DNA from: Clostridia bacterium
GTDB lineage: Bacteria; Bacillota; Clostridia; Oscillospirales; CAG-272
Reading direction: 5' to 3'
NCBI GenBank assembly: GCA_017462035.1
Contig: JAFTRY010000013.1
Location: 425-64,424, forward strand
Length of the DNA stretch: 64,000 nt
The translations under genes and the position numbers were made by a program. Within the stretch, counting starts at the first letter, position 1; each line of letters starts with the position of its first letter. Below the pieces are notes generated by a model. That model ran no database searches. It saw only the letters and a program-made list of their open reading frames with translations, and was not told where the DNA came from. This document shows, one piece after another, positions 54,688 to 64,000 of this stretch.

Positions 54688-56370
54688 ATGAGTGAAAAAT
54701 ATGACCGTCTTGGTGAATTGGATCGCTTTTGGGATCTGTCGGAACTGACACCAAAGCCGGCGAGCGGAGCGAGACCGATCAGGCGTCCTCATTCCACCGA
54801 AGGGGTAGAGATCACTGCCTCTTCCGGAATGTCTGAGCCTCCCGTTTCTTCCGGTAGCGGAACGGTGTTGACTCGGTACATTCCCCCGAGATCCACGGGT
54901 ACGCAATTGAGTGCGGCATCCCTGACCCATGTGTTGACCTATGCTCCTACAGAATCCTTGATCCATAAGGTGATTTTGAAAAAATGGAAATGCTCTTACT
55001 CGTATTACAGCGAATTTCTCTCTGATGCTATTCGATACTTAGATCGGGAAGGAACGGAATGTGACATTGTGCCGTTTTTCTCCTACGTGCCTCAATATAA
55101 TCAAATGAGCGACGCGCAGCTTGCTTGTTATTTTTGGTTTCGTCACTGTGCCCGCGGAGGCTGTTATCTAAAGGTGGATTGCAGTTATGTGCTGCTATAC
55201 GTATTCGAGCTGATCAATCTGGGAGAGCGGTTGGATCCGAAAGAGACTCAAGATCAGTTGGTGGGACTTTGGAACGCTTACAGCGAAGCATACCCGGGAA
55301 TTTCGGTGAAGTTGGCGGATTGGATCTGTGATTACAGTCTGATCCATCGGTTGCCGCCGCCCGCCCGGGGACGTTCACGCCTGACTGCTAAGGTGATTGC
55401 TCTGAAGGAGTTTTTTATTCCCATGCCAAGGGGAGACGTGGAGGGATGTACCCGTTCCTTGCTCCGTTTTTGCAATTCATACGACTACAAAACCAGCAAG
55501 TTCGCTACCCCCGAAAACCTTCCGCTTTTTGACCGCCATATTTACGAGGCATTGCTTCGGGCGGTACGATATTATTCCGCTGACGGAAGACTCTTGTCCG
55601 GTGTTGCCTTTGAGGATAGCCGTCTGGCGCGTGATGCGTACGCCGGCGCACTTTGCGTAGCGGAGGAAAAATACCGTTTGGAGGTGGAGTATTGTTCTTT
55701 TTCACGTTCCAACGAGCTTCGGTTCTTGATCGGAGATTTGGTGAAATATGCGGAGAACAAGCTTCGGGGACACCTGGGGATCAAGTCTCGCATGACGGTA
55801 TATTCGGTTCCCTCCGAGGTTGCCAAGCTCCTGGATGAATATTTTGCCGAAGCACTTCCCGGACGGATCCATACTCCGAGGGAGCGAGAAAAGCAAGCGT
55901 ATGAGGCTTTGTACGACGTTCCTCACAAGCCGTTGTCTCTTTCTGACGCGGCAAGGATCGAGGAGGAATCCTGGAGTACCACAAGGGAATTGGTGGATGC
56001 CTTTGAGACAGAGGAAGGGGCGGAAGCTTCGGTTACGGTACCTTTACACCAATCAGAGCCTTCCGTAACTGCGGAAGCTTCCTTGGCTGAGTCCGCCGAG
56101 GAACCCGCTGATGAATGTGGGGAATGGAAGCGTGCTTTGGGAGAGCTTTTCGCGGTTCTGGTACAGACGGCGGAAGGAGACTTGGGCGCGCTGGCAAGGT
56201 ATGCCCGTACAGAAGGCAGACTTTCCGATACGGTTGCGGAAGTAATCAATGAGGCAGGATGGGATCGGATGGGAGACGCGATCCTGGAAGAAAGAGACGG
56301 CGGCTATGCCGTGATAGAAGATTATCGTGAAGAGCTTTTAGGACAGCTCCGAGCGGAGGAGGATTTGTGA
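54688..56370 (+). CDS. sngA: TerB-N / TerB-C domain protein (Shango SngA-like)
   Basis: TerB_N-like VPFFSYVPQYNQMSDAQLACYFWFRHCARGG...YVLLYVFELIN. C-terminal TerB_C-like EVINEAGWDRMGDAILEE...YAVIEDYREEL. GAGGAGG RBS. Confidence 0.7.
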   Translation: MSEKYDRLGELDRFWDLSELTPKPASGARPIRRPHSTEGVEITASSGMSEPPVSSGSGTVLTRYIPPRSTGTQLSAASLTHVLTYAPTESLIHKVILKKWKCSYSYYSEFLSDAIRYLDREGTECDIVPFFSYVPQYNQMSDAQLACYFWFRHCARGGCYLKVDCSYVLLYVFELINLGERLDPKETQDQLVGLWNAYSEAYPGISVKLADWICDYSLIHRLPPPARGRSRLTAKVIALKEFFIPMPRGDVEGCTRSLLRFCNSYDYKTSKFATPENLPLFDRHIYEALLRAVRYYSADGRLLSGVAFEDSRLARDAYAGALCVAEEKYRLEVEYCSFSRSNELRFLIGDLVKYAENKLRGHLGIKSRMTVYSVPSEVAKLLDEYFAEALPGRIHTPREREKQAYEALYDVPHKPLSLSDAARIEEESWSTTRELVDAFETEEGAEASVTVPLHQSEPSVTAEASLAESAEEPADECGEWKRALGELFAVLVQTAEGDLGALARYARTEGRLSDTVAEVINEAGWDRMGDAILEERDGGYAVIEDYREELLGQLRAEEDL

Positions 56371-57734
56371 TGAACGAAAAAGACAGGGAGCTTCAAAAAA
56401 TACCTAAGCGGATTCTCAATACACTTTTGGTTTCGGTGTCTGCGGGGGTGGTTCCTCGGGTCGGTGCTCCTTATATTGCCATTGGTCGAAAGGATGAGAT
56501 TGCCGCGTTACTTTCCGATCTGGAGCAGGTGAACGAGGGGTGCGGTACCATGCGCTTTGTGGTAGGGCGCTACGGAAGCGGTAAAAGCTTCTTGATGCAG
56601 CTGATCCGCGGCTATGCTTTGGAACGAAATTTTGTGACGGCGGATGCCGATCTATCACCCGAACGCCGATTGTACGGAAGCTCCGGCAGCGGTGTGGCAA
56701 CCTATCGGGAGCTGATGAAGAATCTGGCAACGAAGACCTCTCCCGATGGCGGTGCTCTGCCGAAGATCATCGCGCGGTGGATCGAGCTTTTGAAATCCCA
56801 GCTGGTCAGCGAAGGGGTGGATCCCGAGAGTGACCGCTTTGACGGGGCGTTGCACGCCCTTGTGTCAGAGAAGCTGAGAGAGGTAGAATTTATGGTGGGA
56901 GGCTTTGATTTCTCCCGTGTGATTACCGAATATTACCGCGCTTTTCTGGAGGAAAACGACGAAAAGCGAAGTGCCTGCTTGCGCTGGCTCAGAGGAGAAT
57001 ATTCCACCAAGACCGAAGCGAGACAAGAGCTTGGCTTTTCCGTATCGGTCATTATCGACGACGACAACTGGTACGATTTTATTAAGCTGTGGGCGGTCCT
57101 TTTGCGGTTTATCGGATATCGAGGCTTGATCGTATTGATCGATGAATGTGTCAATCTTTATAAGATCAACCATCGGGTAAGCCGAGAAAACAACTATGAA
57201 AAAATTCTTTCTATGTTCAACGATACCCTTCAAGGAAGGGCACCGGGCTTGGGACTGATCTTAGGAGGTACGCCTCAGTTCATGGACGATCCGAGACGGG
57301 GACTTTTCAGCTATGAGGCGCTGAAAAGCCGCCTATGCGACAGTCGGTTTGCCTCGGAGGAATATCGAAATTTCCTGGGTCCTGTCATTCGTTTAAAGCG
57401 TTTGACCGACGACGAGCTCTTTGCTCTGATTGCTCGGATCACAAAGCTTTACGCTGTGAATTATGGACACCAGCCCAGGATCACCCAAGAGGAAATGGTT
57501 CGTTTTCTGAACACGGCTCTTGCGCGTACGGGAGCTGATCGGATGATTACTCCCCGGGAAATGCTGCGTGACTATATGACGGTGTTGAATATACTGATGC
57601 AGAATGATACCGTGACCTTTGACCAAATTCTTGCCGGTTCCCTTGGCGGAACGGAGGAGCCTGTCCGTGAGGAAAGAGAAGCTTCCGAAGCAAAAAAGAG
57701 TGTTGCCTTTACGGCAGAGGATATCGAATTTTAA
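56370..57734 (+). CDS. sngB: P-loop ATPase, DUF2791/BrxD-like (Shango SngB-like)
   Basis: Walker A GRYGSGKS, Walker B IVLIDECVN. The start overlaps the sngA stop (TGATG). Confidence 0.7.
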   Translation: MNEKDRELQKIPKRILNTLLVSVSAGVVPRVGAPYIAIGRKDEIAALLSDLEQVNEGCGTMRFVVGRYGSGKSFLMQLIRGYALERNFVTADADLSPERRLYGSSGSGVATYRELMKNLATKTSPDGGALPKIIARWIELLKSQLVSEGVDPESDRFDGALHALVSEKLREVEFMVGGFDFSRVITEYYRAFLEENDEKRSACLRWLRGEYSTKTEARQELGFSVSVIIDDDNWYDFIKLWAVLLRFIGYRGLIVLIDECVNLYKINHRVSRENNYEKILSMFNDTLQGRAPGLGLILGGTPQFMDDPRRGLFSYEALKSRLCDSRFASEEYRNFLGPVIRLKRLTDDELFALIARITKLYAVNYGHQPRITQEEMVRFLNTALARTGADRMITPREMLRDYMTVLNILMQNDTVTFDQILAGSLGGTEEPVREEREASEAKKSVAFTAEDIEF

Positions 57735-57760
57735 CGGATTTCATTCAGACAGGAGGAGTT

Positions 57761-59998
57761 ATGACTGAGGCAGATCGTATTTTTGAGCGGTTTCCCGTCT
57801 TCATTCGAGAATTTATATATTCCCACGGATGGGAGAATCTGCGCCAGGTTCAGCTGGAGGCGGCAAGGACGATTTTGGATACCGACCATCATTTACTGCT
57901 GACCTCTTCTACGGCGAGCGGAAAGACTGAGGCGGCTTTTTTTCCGATCTTGACGAAGATCGGAGAAGTGCCATCGGAGGGGATTTCTGTGCTCTACATC
58001 GCACCTCTTAAGAGCTTGATAAACGATCAATTCGCCCGTATGGACGAGATTCTTCGGGAAAGCGGAATCCGTGTGACTCACTGGCACGGCGACGTGGCGC
58101 AATCTCAAAAAAGAAAGCTGTTGGAGAGACCGGAGGGGATTTTACAGATCACGCCTGAGTCATTGGAAGCTATGTTGCTCAACCGTCCCAACGACATTGT
58201 TCGTCTGTTTTCGGGACTTCAGTTTGTGGTGCTGGATGAAATTCATATACTGATGGGAACTGATCGGGGAAATCAGATCCTTTGTCAGCTGACACGCTTG
58301 GAGCGCATGATCGGTACCTCTCCCCGACGGATCGGACTATCGGCAACAGTGGGAGATCCTGCCGGTGCCGCAGAGTGGCTCAGCGCGGGAACCGATCATC
58401 CCACTGACGTACCTCTGTTCTCGGAGGAGAAGATTCGTTGGCGTTTGGGAATGGAGCATTTTTTTATTCAGAATCCCAATTTTGACCAGACAGAGAACGC
58501 TTTGACGGGTAGGGAAGACAATCGCGCTCTGATGGACGCGGGATATGAGTTCGTTTACGACTGCGTCAGGCAAAAAAAATCTCTTGTCTTCTCCAATTCT
58601 CGGGAGGAGACCGAGTACGTTTGCGCCACTTTGCGGCAGATCGCCGCCAAGCGAAAGGATCCCGATGTATTCCTGATCCACCACGGCAACCTTTCCGCCT
58701 CTCTGCGTGAGGAAGCCGAGCTGAAAATGAAGGACGAAGATTCCTTTGCGGTCACCTGTGCCACCGTGACCATGGAGCTTGGAATCGATATTGGACGGTT
58801 GGAACGGATCATGCAGATGGATTCCCCCAATTCGGTGTCAAGTTTCTTGCAGAGATTGGGGCGCTCGGGACGAAGAGGACAGCCGCCGGAAATGATGATG
58901 GCGTTCAGGGAGGAAGAGCCTCTTCCCAACGCTCCTTTACCTCAGCTCATTCCATGGAGTCTGCTTCGTGCCATTGCCATCGTTCAGCTTTATATTGAGG
59001 AGCGGTTCGTGGAGCCGCCCTCGGATAAAAAAGAGCCCTTGAGTCTTTTGTTCCATCAGACCTTAAGTGTGCTTGCATCCAAGGGGGAACTGACAGCGGC
59101 GCGGCTTGCGGGAGAGATACTGACTCTTCCTCCGTTTCGCAAAATTTCCAAGGAAACGTACAAAGCGCTGTTGGTCAGCATGTTGAATAACGATTTTTTG
59201 GAAATGACCGAAGAGAAGGGACTCATTGTAGGTATGGCAGGCGAACGCTTGCTGAACAGCTTTAAATTCTACGCTGTATTTCAAGATTGTGAGGATTTTA
59301 CCGTCCGATGTGAGTCGGAGGAGATCGGCACCATTACCACACCGCCTCCCGTGGGAGACCGGTTTGCTTTAGCGGGACGTGTATGGGAGGTAGTAGAACT
59401 GGATGCTCCCAGACGGTTAGTCTACGTAAAGGGCGTAGAAGGGAAAATGGAGGTATCCTGGCCGGGAGAATACGGAGAGATCCATACCCGCATTTTGGAA
59501 CGGATGAAGCAGGTGCTTTCGGAGGATACCGTGTACCCTTATCTGAAGCCAAACGCGGCGCGCCGCTTGGAAATGGCACGTCGTGTTGCCGCCAATACGG
59601 GAATGACCCGTCGGTCTTTGATCCACCTGGGCGGCTATACCTGGTGTCTTTTTCCATGGTTGGGGACTCGGTCCTTCCGTACTCTGCGAAAAATGATCGG
59701 CTCGGTTGCTTCGGAATTCGGAATTTCCGGAATGGACTTTGAGGGATGTAACTACATGACCTTCCGCATGGAACGGGGAAATGAAAGAGCCCTTCTGGAT
59801 GGATTGCTGTGCCGTTTTTCAGAGGTTGACGAGCCTGCTCAAGAGCTGGTGAGCCCAAGGGAATTGCCGGTTTTTGAAAAATACGATCAGTATATTCCCG
59901 GAGACCTCTTGCGCCATGCGTACGCCACAGATCGTTTGAATTTGTCGGAGGCGAGAAAACGCTTATCCCAGATTGTACAGGAAGAGACGGTTGATTAA
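57761..59998 (+). CDS. sngC: DEAD/DEAH superfamily-2 helicase, Lhr/BrxHI-like (Shango SngC-like)
   Basis: Motif I STASGKTEAAF, motif II VLDEIH, motif III LSATVG, motif VI QRLGRSGRR. Long C-terminal extension. Confidence 0.78.
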   Translation: MTEADRIFERFPVFIREFIYSHGWENLRQVQLEAARTILDTDHHLLLTSSTASGKTEAAFFPILTKIGEVPSEGISVLYIAPLKSLINDQFARMDEILRESGIRVTHWHGDVAQSQKRKLLERPEGILQITPESLEAMLLNRPNDIVRLFSGLQFVVLDEIHILMGTDRGNQILCQLTRLERMIGTSPRRIGLSATVGDPAGAAEWLSAGTDHPTDVPLFSEEKIRWRLGMEHFFIQNPNFDQTENALTGREDNRALMDAGYEFVYDCVRQKKSLVFSNSREETEYVCATLRQIAAKRKDPDVFLIHHGNLSASLREEAELKMKDEDSFAVTCATVTMELGIDIGRLERIMQMDSPNSVSSFLQRLGRSGRRGQPPEMMMAFREEEPLPNAPLPQLIPWSLLRAIAIVQLYIEERFVEPPSDKKEPLSLLFHQTLSVLASKGELTAARLAGEILTLPPFRKISKETYKALLVSMLNNDFLEMTEEKGLIVGMAGERLLNSFKFYAVFQDCEDFTVRCESEEIGTITTPPPVGDRFALAGRVWEVVELDAPRRLVYVKGVEGKMEVSWPGEYGEIHTRILERMKQVLSEDTVYPYLKPNAARRLEMARRVAANTGMTRRSLIHLGGYTWCLFPWLGTRSFRTLRKMIGSVASEFGISGMDFEGCNYMTFRMERGNERALLDGLLCRFSEVDEPAQELVSPRELPVFEKYDQYIPGDLLRHAYATDRLNLSEARKRLSQIVQEETVD

Positions 59999-60048
59999 AA
60001 TGTCAAATAGATCGGTGGATTTTCTTGTTTTATTGTGAGAAATAACTA

Positions 60049-60077
60049 TTGACATTTTTCGCAAAAAGGAGTACTAT
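60049..60077 (+). promoter_or_regulatory. Promoter of the ilvA leader
   Basis: TTGACA, 17-nt spacer, TACTAT. Confidence 0.55.
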
Positions 60078-60084
60078 AATAAGG

Positions 60085-60352
60085 TATAGAGATGCAATGA
60101 CGGGGAGCGACCGGGCACCTTCTTTTCAGAGAGCCGTTGGCTGGTGGGAAACGGTAAGAGTTGCCTGAGTTAAATCACCCCTGAGCATGTTGTCGAAGGG
60201 AATCGCGAAGCGAGGACAGGTAGAGCAACACGTATTTCTGCGTTAAAGAATAATGTATGAGAGTACATGAGTGGTTCGTAGGAACAAGAAGAGTGGTACC
60301 GCGGAGTTTTCAGCCTTCGTCTCTTTTGAGGGAGACGAAGGCTGTCTTGTTT
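60085..60352 (+). promoter_or_regulatory. T-box leader, probable Ile specifier (AUC at 60174-60176)
   Basis: AGAGA box, distal GGTGGGAAACGG, T-box sequence AGAGTGGTACCGCGG (60289-60305), and terminator CAGCCTTCGTCTC / GAGACGAAGGCTG followed by Ts. ATC followed by A sits just 5' of the CCCC that pairs with GGGG at the Stem I base. Confidence 0.8.
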
Positions 60353-60396
60353 CCCGCTGAAATTCAATTCCATTGGTTTGAACGAAAGGAAGAAAG

Positions 60397-61593
60397 ATGC
60401 TGACATTAGACAAGGTTTATCAAGCCGCATTTGTATTGAAGGACGTGATTCGCGAAACCGCCCTTACCCCCTCTCCGAAGTTGAATCCGACGTGCAAAAA
60501 CGTGTATTTAAAAACGGAGAATCTCCAGCTTACCGGATCCTTCAAGGTTCGTGGCGCCGGCTATATGATCTCTCAGCTTAGCGCGGAGGAGAAGGCGAAG
60601 GGAGTGATCGCCTGCTCGGCGGGAAATCACGCGCAGGGCGTGGCTCTCGCGGCGGCAAAATACGGGATCCGCTCTGTCATTTGTCTCCCTGAGGGTGCTC
60701 CGATTTCCAAGGTGGAGGCAACCAAGAGCTACGGTGCGGAAGTGGTGATGGTGAAGGGTGTTTACGACGACGCGTACAAGCATGCCTTGAAGCTGAGGGA
60801 CGAGATGGGATATACCTTTGTACATCCCTTTAATGATGACGATGTCATTGCGGGACAGGGAACCGTCGGTTTGGAGCTTTTGAATCAGTGTGCCTCTCTG
60901 GATGCCGTTGTCGTGCCCGTTGGCGGTGGCGGCTTGATTTCCGGCATTGCCTTTGTGATCAAGCATTTGGCACCTCATATTAAGGTGTACGGTGTTCAAG
61001 CGGCGGGAGCACCCAGTATGGCAAATTCCGTACGGGACGGCAAGATCGAGCGGCTGCCGTCGGTATCAACCATTGCCGATGGTATCGCGGTGAAGGAACC
61101 CGGTGATAATACCTTTGCGTTGTGTTCAAAATATGTGGACGAAATCGTTACCGTTACTGAGGACGAGATCTCAACGGCGATCCTCGCCTTGGTGGAGCAG
61201 CACAAGATGATCGCCGAGGGTGCTGGCGCTGTTTCGGTGGCGGCTGTCATGTTTGATAAGCTTCCCTTGAAGGATAAGAACGTAGCGTGTGTAATATCGG
61301 GCGGTAATATCGACGTGACCATACTCTCCCGTGTCATGGAGAGAGGTCTTCTGAAGTCGGGAAGGACCTGCAATTTGTGTATTGAGCTGATGGATAAGCC
61401 CGGACAGCTTCGAGACGTTTCGGAGATCATTGCCGAGCTGGGCGGAAACGTAATCTCGGTTCATCACGAGCGTGCCAGCGAAACGAAGGATATCAACGGA
61501 TGCTTCCTTCGTCTGGTTCTGGAAACCAGAAACTATGAACATATCGAGCATATTACCGATGCGCTGAAGCGTGCCGGCTTCCGCTTGGTCTAA
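60397..61593 (+). CDS. ilvA: Threonine ammonia-lyase (threonine dehydratase) with C-terminal ACT-like domain
   Basis: PLP lysine motif GSFKVRGA plus GGGGLISG. Confidence 0.9.
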   Translation: MLTLDKVYQAAFVLKDVIRETALTPSPKLNPTCKNVYLKTENLQLTGSFKVRGAGYMISQLSAEEKAKGVIACSAGNHAQGVALAAAKYGIRSVICLPEGAPISKVEATKSYGAEVVMVKGVYDDAYKHALKLRDEMGYTFVHPFNDDDVIAGQGTVGLELLNQCASLDAVVVPVGGGGLISGIAFVIKHLAPHIKVYGVQAAGAPSMANSVRDGKIERLPSVSTIADGIAVKEPGDNTFALCSKYVDEIVTVTEDEISTAILALVEQHKMIAEGAGAVSVAAVMFDKLPLKDKNVACVISGGNIDVTILSRVMERGLLKSGRTCNLCIELMDKPGQLRDVSEIIAELGGNVISVHHERASETKDINGCFLRLVLETRNYEHIEHITDALKRAGFRLV

Positions 61594-61617
61594 CATAACG
61601 AACACAGGAGTACGAAT

Positions 61618-61989
61618 ATGGAAAAAGTATATACGAAGCAAGCCCCCGAGGCGATCGGTCCCTATACCCAGGCAATGATTTCGGGAAATCTGGTATTTAC
61701 CTCCGGACAGATCGCAATTGACCCCGCTGACGGACAGGTTCATGCCCTTACCATTGAGGAACAGACCGAGCAGGTATGCAAAAATCTCTCCGCGGTTTTG
61801 CAGGCGGCAGGGAGTTCTCTTGACCGTGTGGTGAAGACCACGTGCTTCTTGGCAGACATGGCGGATTTCGCTGCCTTCAATGGAGTTTACGGCGCGTATT
61901 TTACCGGTAAGCCGGCAAGATCCTGCGTGGCGGCAAAGGCTCTTCCCAAGGGTGTACTGGTTGAGATCGAGGTTATTGCCGAGCACTGA
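61618..61989 (+). CDS. ridA: RidA-family enamine/imine deaminase
   Basis: APEAIGPYTQA...VFTSGQI...PARSCV...VEIEVIA. Confidence 0.9.
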   Translation: MEKVYTKQAPEAIGPYTQAMISGNLVFTSGQIAIDPADGQVHALTIEEQTEQVCKNLSAVLQAAGSSLDRVVKTTCFLADMADFAAFNGVYGAYFTGKPARSCVAAKALPKGVLVEIEVIAEH

Positions 61990-62113
61990 GGGCATCGGAA
62001 TTTTCTCTTTCTTGTTAAACCTTGCAAATATGTTGAATTATCTCGTTTTTTTGAGAAAAAGGAAGAGAAAACTGTGCAGAATCACCCAATTTATATTTTA
62101 TTTTAAAATTCTC

Positions 62114-62142
62114 TTGACAAAGAAATGATTTCATGATAAAAT
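62114..62142 (+). promoter_or_regulatory. Promoter of the ilvB leader
   Basis: TTGACA, 17-nt spacer, TAAAAT. Confidence 0.55.
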
Positions 62143-62149
62143 AACCACA

Positions 62150-62427
62150 AATTAAAGGCGATAAAGGGAATTAGTAGTATGTGAGCGTTTACAGAAAGCC
62201 GATGGGTGATGGAAATCGGTAGCGTGAGCTTATGAATCTCCTCCCCCAGCTTCCGCTTGAAGACCGAGATCGGTTGTGTAGACGCGGACGGAAGTCTCCG
62301 TTATCTTAGACGGCTTTACTGTTGGGTGAAGTACGAGTGGCTGATATTTCAGCAATAAGAGTGGTACCGCAGAGTGTTTTTTATGACCTTTGTCTCTTTG
62401 TGAATCAAGAGATAAAGGTCTTTTTTG
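62150..62427 (+). promoter_or_regulatory. T-box leader, specifier unresolved (CUC Leu or AUC Ile candidates at 62233-62239)
   Basis: GCGATAAAGGGAATTAGTA K-turn/AGUA region, AGAAAG box, T-box AGAGTGGTACCGCAG, and terminator GACCTTTGTCTCTT / AAGAGATAAAGGTC followed by T6. Confidence 0.75.
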
Positions 62428-62497
62428 CTTAATTTTGTTTCATTCATAATAACATAACCTTGACGGCGTTTGATCCGTTAAGGCTACGGAGGAAAAA

Positions 62498-64000
62498 ATG
62501 ATTTTAAACGGTTCGGAAATTCTTGTCAATGTGTTACTGGAGCAGGGCGTGGATACTGTGTTTGGGTATCCGGGCGGTGCCGTGCTGAATATTTACGATG
62601 CATTGTACAAGTACAGAGATCAGATTCATCACTACATGACCGCTCATGAGCAGGGTGCCGCTCACGCGGCAGACGGCTATGCCCGTTCTACGGGAAAGAC
62701 CGGCGTTGTGATTGCTACCAGCGGTCCCGGTGCCACCAACCTGGTTACCGGCATTGCCACCGCCTATATGGACAGTGTACCCTTGGTGGCAATTACGGGT
62801 AACGTTTCGACGCCTCTGATCGGATGCGATAGCTTCCAGGAGGTGTACATTGCCGGCATTACCATGCCCATCACAAAGCACAATTTTGTAGTTCGCAAGG
62901 TGGAAGACCTGGCGGATACGCTTCGGGAGGCATTTCGAATTGCCTCATCGGGCAGACCGGGTCCGGTTTTGGTCGACATTCCCAAGGACGTAACTGCTGA
63001 GCGCACAACATATACTCCTGCTCCTCGGACGGATCTCCACGAGCGTACCACCGATGTGGTTGGCAACGTGGAGGAGATCGCGGAGCTGATCAACCGCGCG
63101 GAGCGCCCCTTTGTGTACTTCGGCGGCGGTGTCCGTTTGTCCGGCGCATCGGAGGAGCTGAGACAGGTGCTTCTTACTGCGGATATTCCCGCGGCGTATA
63201 CGTTGATGGCGGCGGGCGCGCTGAAGTACGGCGAGCGAAACAATCTGGGACTAATGGGCATGCACGGATGTTATTCCGCTAACTGCGCCGCCAATCGCGC
63301 GGACGTGCTGATTGCTATTGGAACCCGTTTTAGTGACCGTGTAGCACTGAACACCAGTAAGTTTGGGCATAACGCGAAGATTGTACATATTGATATTGAC
63401 TCGGGCGAGATCAACAAGAACATCATTGCGGATTACAGTATTCTCGGTGACGTGAAGGCGGTGCTGAATGAAATGATGAAGTACATCAAGCCCGCTAAGC
63501 ACGACAGCTGGTTTGCCCAGATCGAAAAGTGGAAGGAAGAGGATTATCACCCCACCGACAGCGAGGAGGTTCTCAAGCCGCATCAGGTGATCGAGACTGC
63601 TTGCCGTGTAGCGGGAGAGGATGCGATCTTTGTCACCGACGTGGGTCAGCACCAGATGTGGGCAGCTCAGTATCTCCATCATGTCAAGCCCATGAACTTC
63701 TTGACCAGTGGAGGTCTTGGAACGATGGGGTACGGTTACGGTGCCGCTATCGGCGCGCAGATTGCCAACCCCGAAGTCCCTGTGGTTCACTTTACCTCGG
63801 ACGGCTCTCTTCATATGAACATGAACGAGCTTTGCACGGCGGTAAGCTACGGCGTTCCTGTAATCACTGTGATCCTCAACAACGCGGTGCTGGGAATGGT
63901 TCGCCAGTGGCAGGGCGTATTCTACGGACAGCGCTATTCCTCCAGTGAGCCAGAGCGCGTGACGGACTATGTAAAGGTAGCCGAGGCGTTTGGGGGTAAG
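62498..64000 (+). CDS. ilvB: Acetolactate synthase large subunit (5' 501 codons; continues past the window end)
   Basis: My translation of the first ~100 codons: MILNGSEILVNVLLEQGVDTVFGYPGGAVLNIYDAL...ATSGPGATNLVTGIATAYMDSVPLVAITGNV. The frame stays open to the end of the window. GGAGG RBS. Confidence 0.9.
   Translation, partial: MILNGSEILVNVLLEQGVDTVFGYPGGAVLNIYDALYKYRDQIHHYMTAHEQGAAHAADGYARSTGKTGVVIATSGPGATNLVTGIATAYMDSVPLVAITGNVSTPLIGCDSFQEVYIAGITMPITKHNFVVRKVEDLADTLREAFRIASSGRPGPVLVDIPKDVTAERTTYTPAPRTDLHERTTDVVGNVEEIAELINRAERPFVYFGGGVRLSGASEELRQVLLTADIPAAYTLMAAGALKYGERNNLGLMGMHGCYSANCAANRADVLIAIGTRFSDRVALNTSKFGHNAKIVHIDIDSGEINKNIIADYSILGDVKAVLNEMMKYIKPAKHDSWFAQIEKWKEEDYHPTDSEEVLKPHQVIETACRVAGEDAIFVTDVGQHQMWAAQYLHHVKPMNFLTSGGLGTMGYGYGAAIGAQIANPEVPVVHFTSDGSLHMNMNELCTAVSYGVPVITVILNNAVLGMVRQWQGVFYGQRYSSSEPERVTDYVKVAEAFGGK

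Overview
This 64-kb chromosomal window looks like an endospore-forming anaerobic Firmicute, probably Clostridia-like. The evidence is sigG, dpaAB, a SpoIVFB-like protease, class III RNR, T-box leaders and strong GGAGG ribosome-binding sites. Most of it is housekeeping: fatty-acyl ligase plus ACP, comEC, dpaAB, sigG, a Crp/Fnr-controlled NitT/TauT-type ABC importer, galE-galM, a PBP5-type carboxypeptidase, pgi, topB, deoC, potABCD, tRNA-Leu, trxB-nrdD-nrdG, tag, and ilvA-ridA and ilvB behind T-boxes.

Accessory or unusual patches are:
- The left edge (1-900) appears to be the end of a conjugative or plasmid-like element.
- 44.7-49.5 kb holds a four-gene operon built around an archaeal/SipW-type signal peptidase fused to a polytopic membrane domain. 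It also encodes two secreted proteins sharing an N-terminal module, and looks like a TasA-like fibre or matrix system.
- 49.6-52.4 kb is an AT-rich islet abutting tRNA-Ser(CGA). It encodes a fused wHTH-GHKL ATPase-STAS protein and a lipoprotein.
- The tRNA-Ser locus is heavily scarred, with tRNA fragments, a pseudo-tRNA and a hairpin-rich spacer.
- 54.6-60.0 kb is a three-gene TerB-N/C, DUF2791-like ATPase and Lhr-like helicase cassette that matches the gene content of the Shango anti-phage system.

Other oddities:
- NrdD carries a C-terminal thioredoxin-like domain and sits next to trxB.
- The ABC substrate-binding protein appears circularly permuted.
- PotC and PotD are fused.
- An AraC-family gene has an in-frame TGA.
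- A 24-bp perfect palindrome forms the overlapping 3' ends of two convergent genes.

All calls come from reading the sequence and ORF translations. No database search was run.
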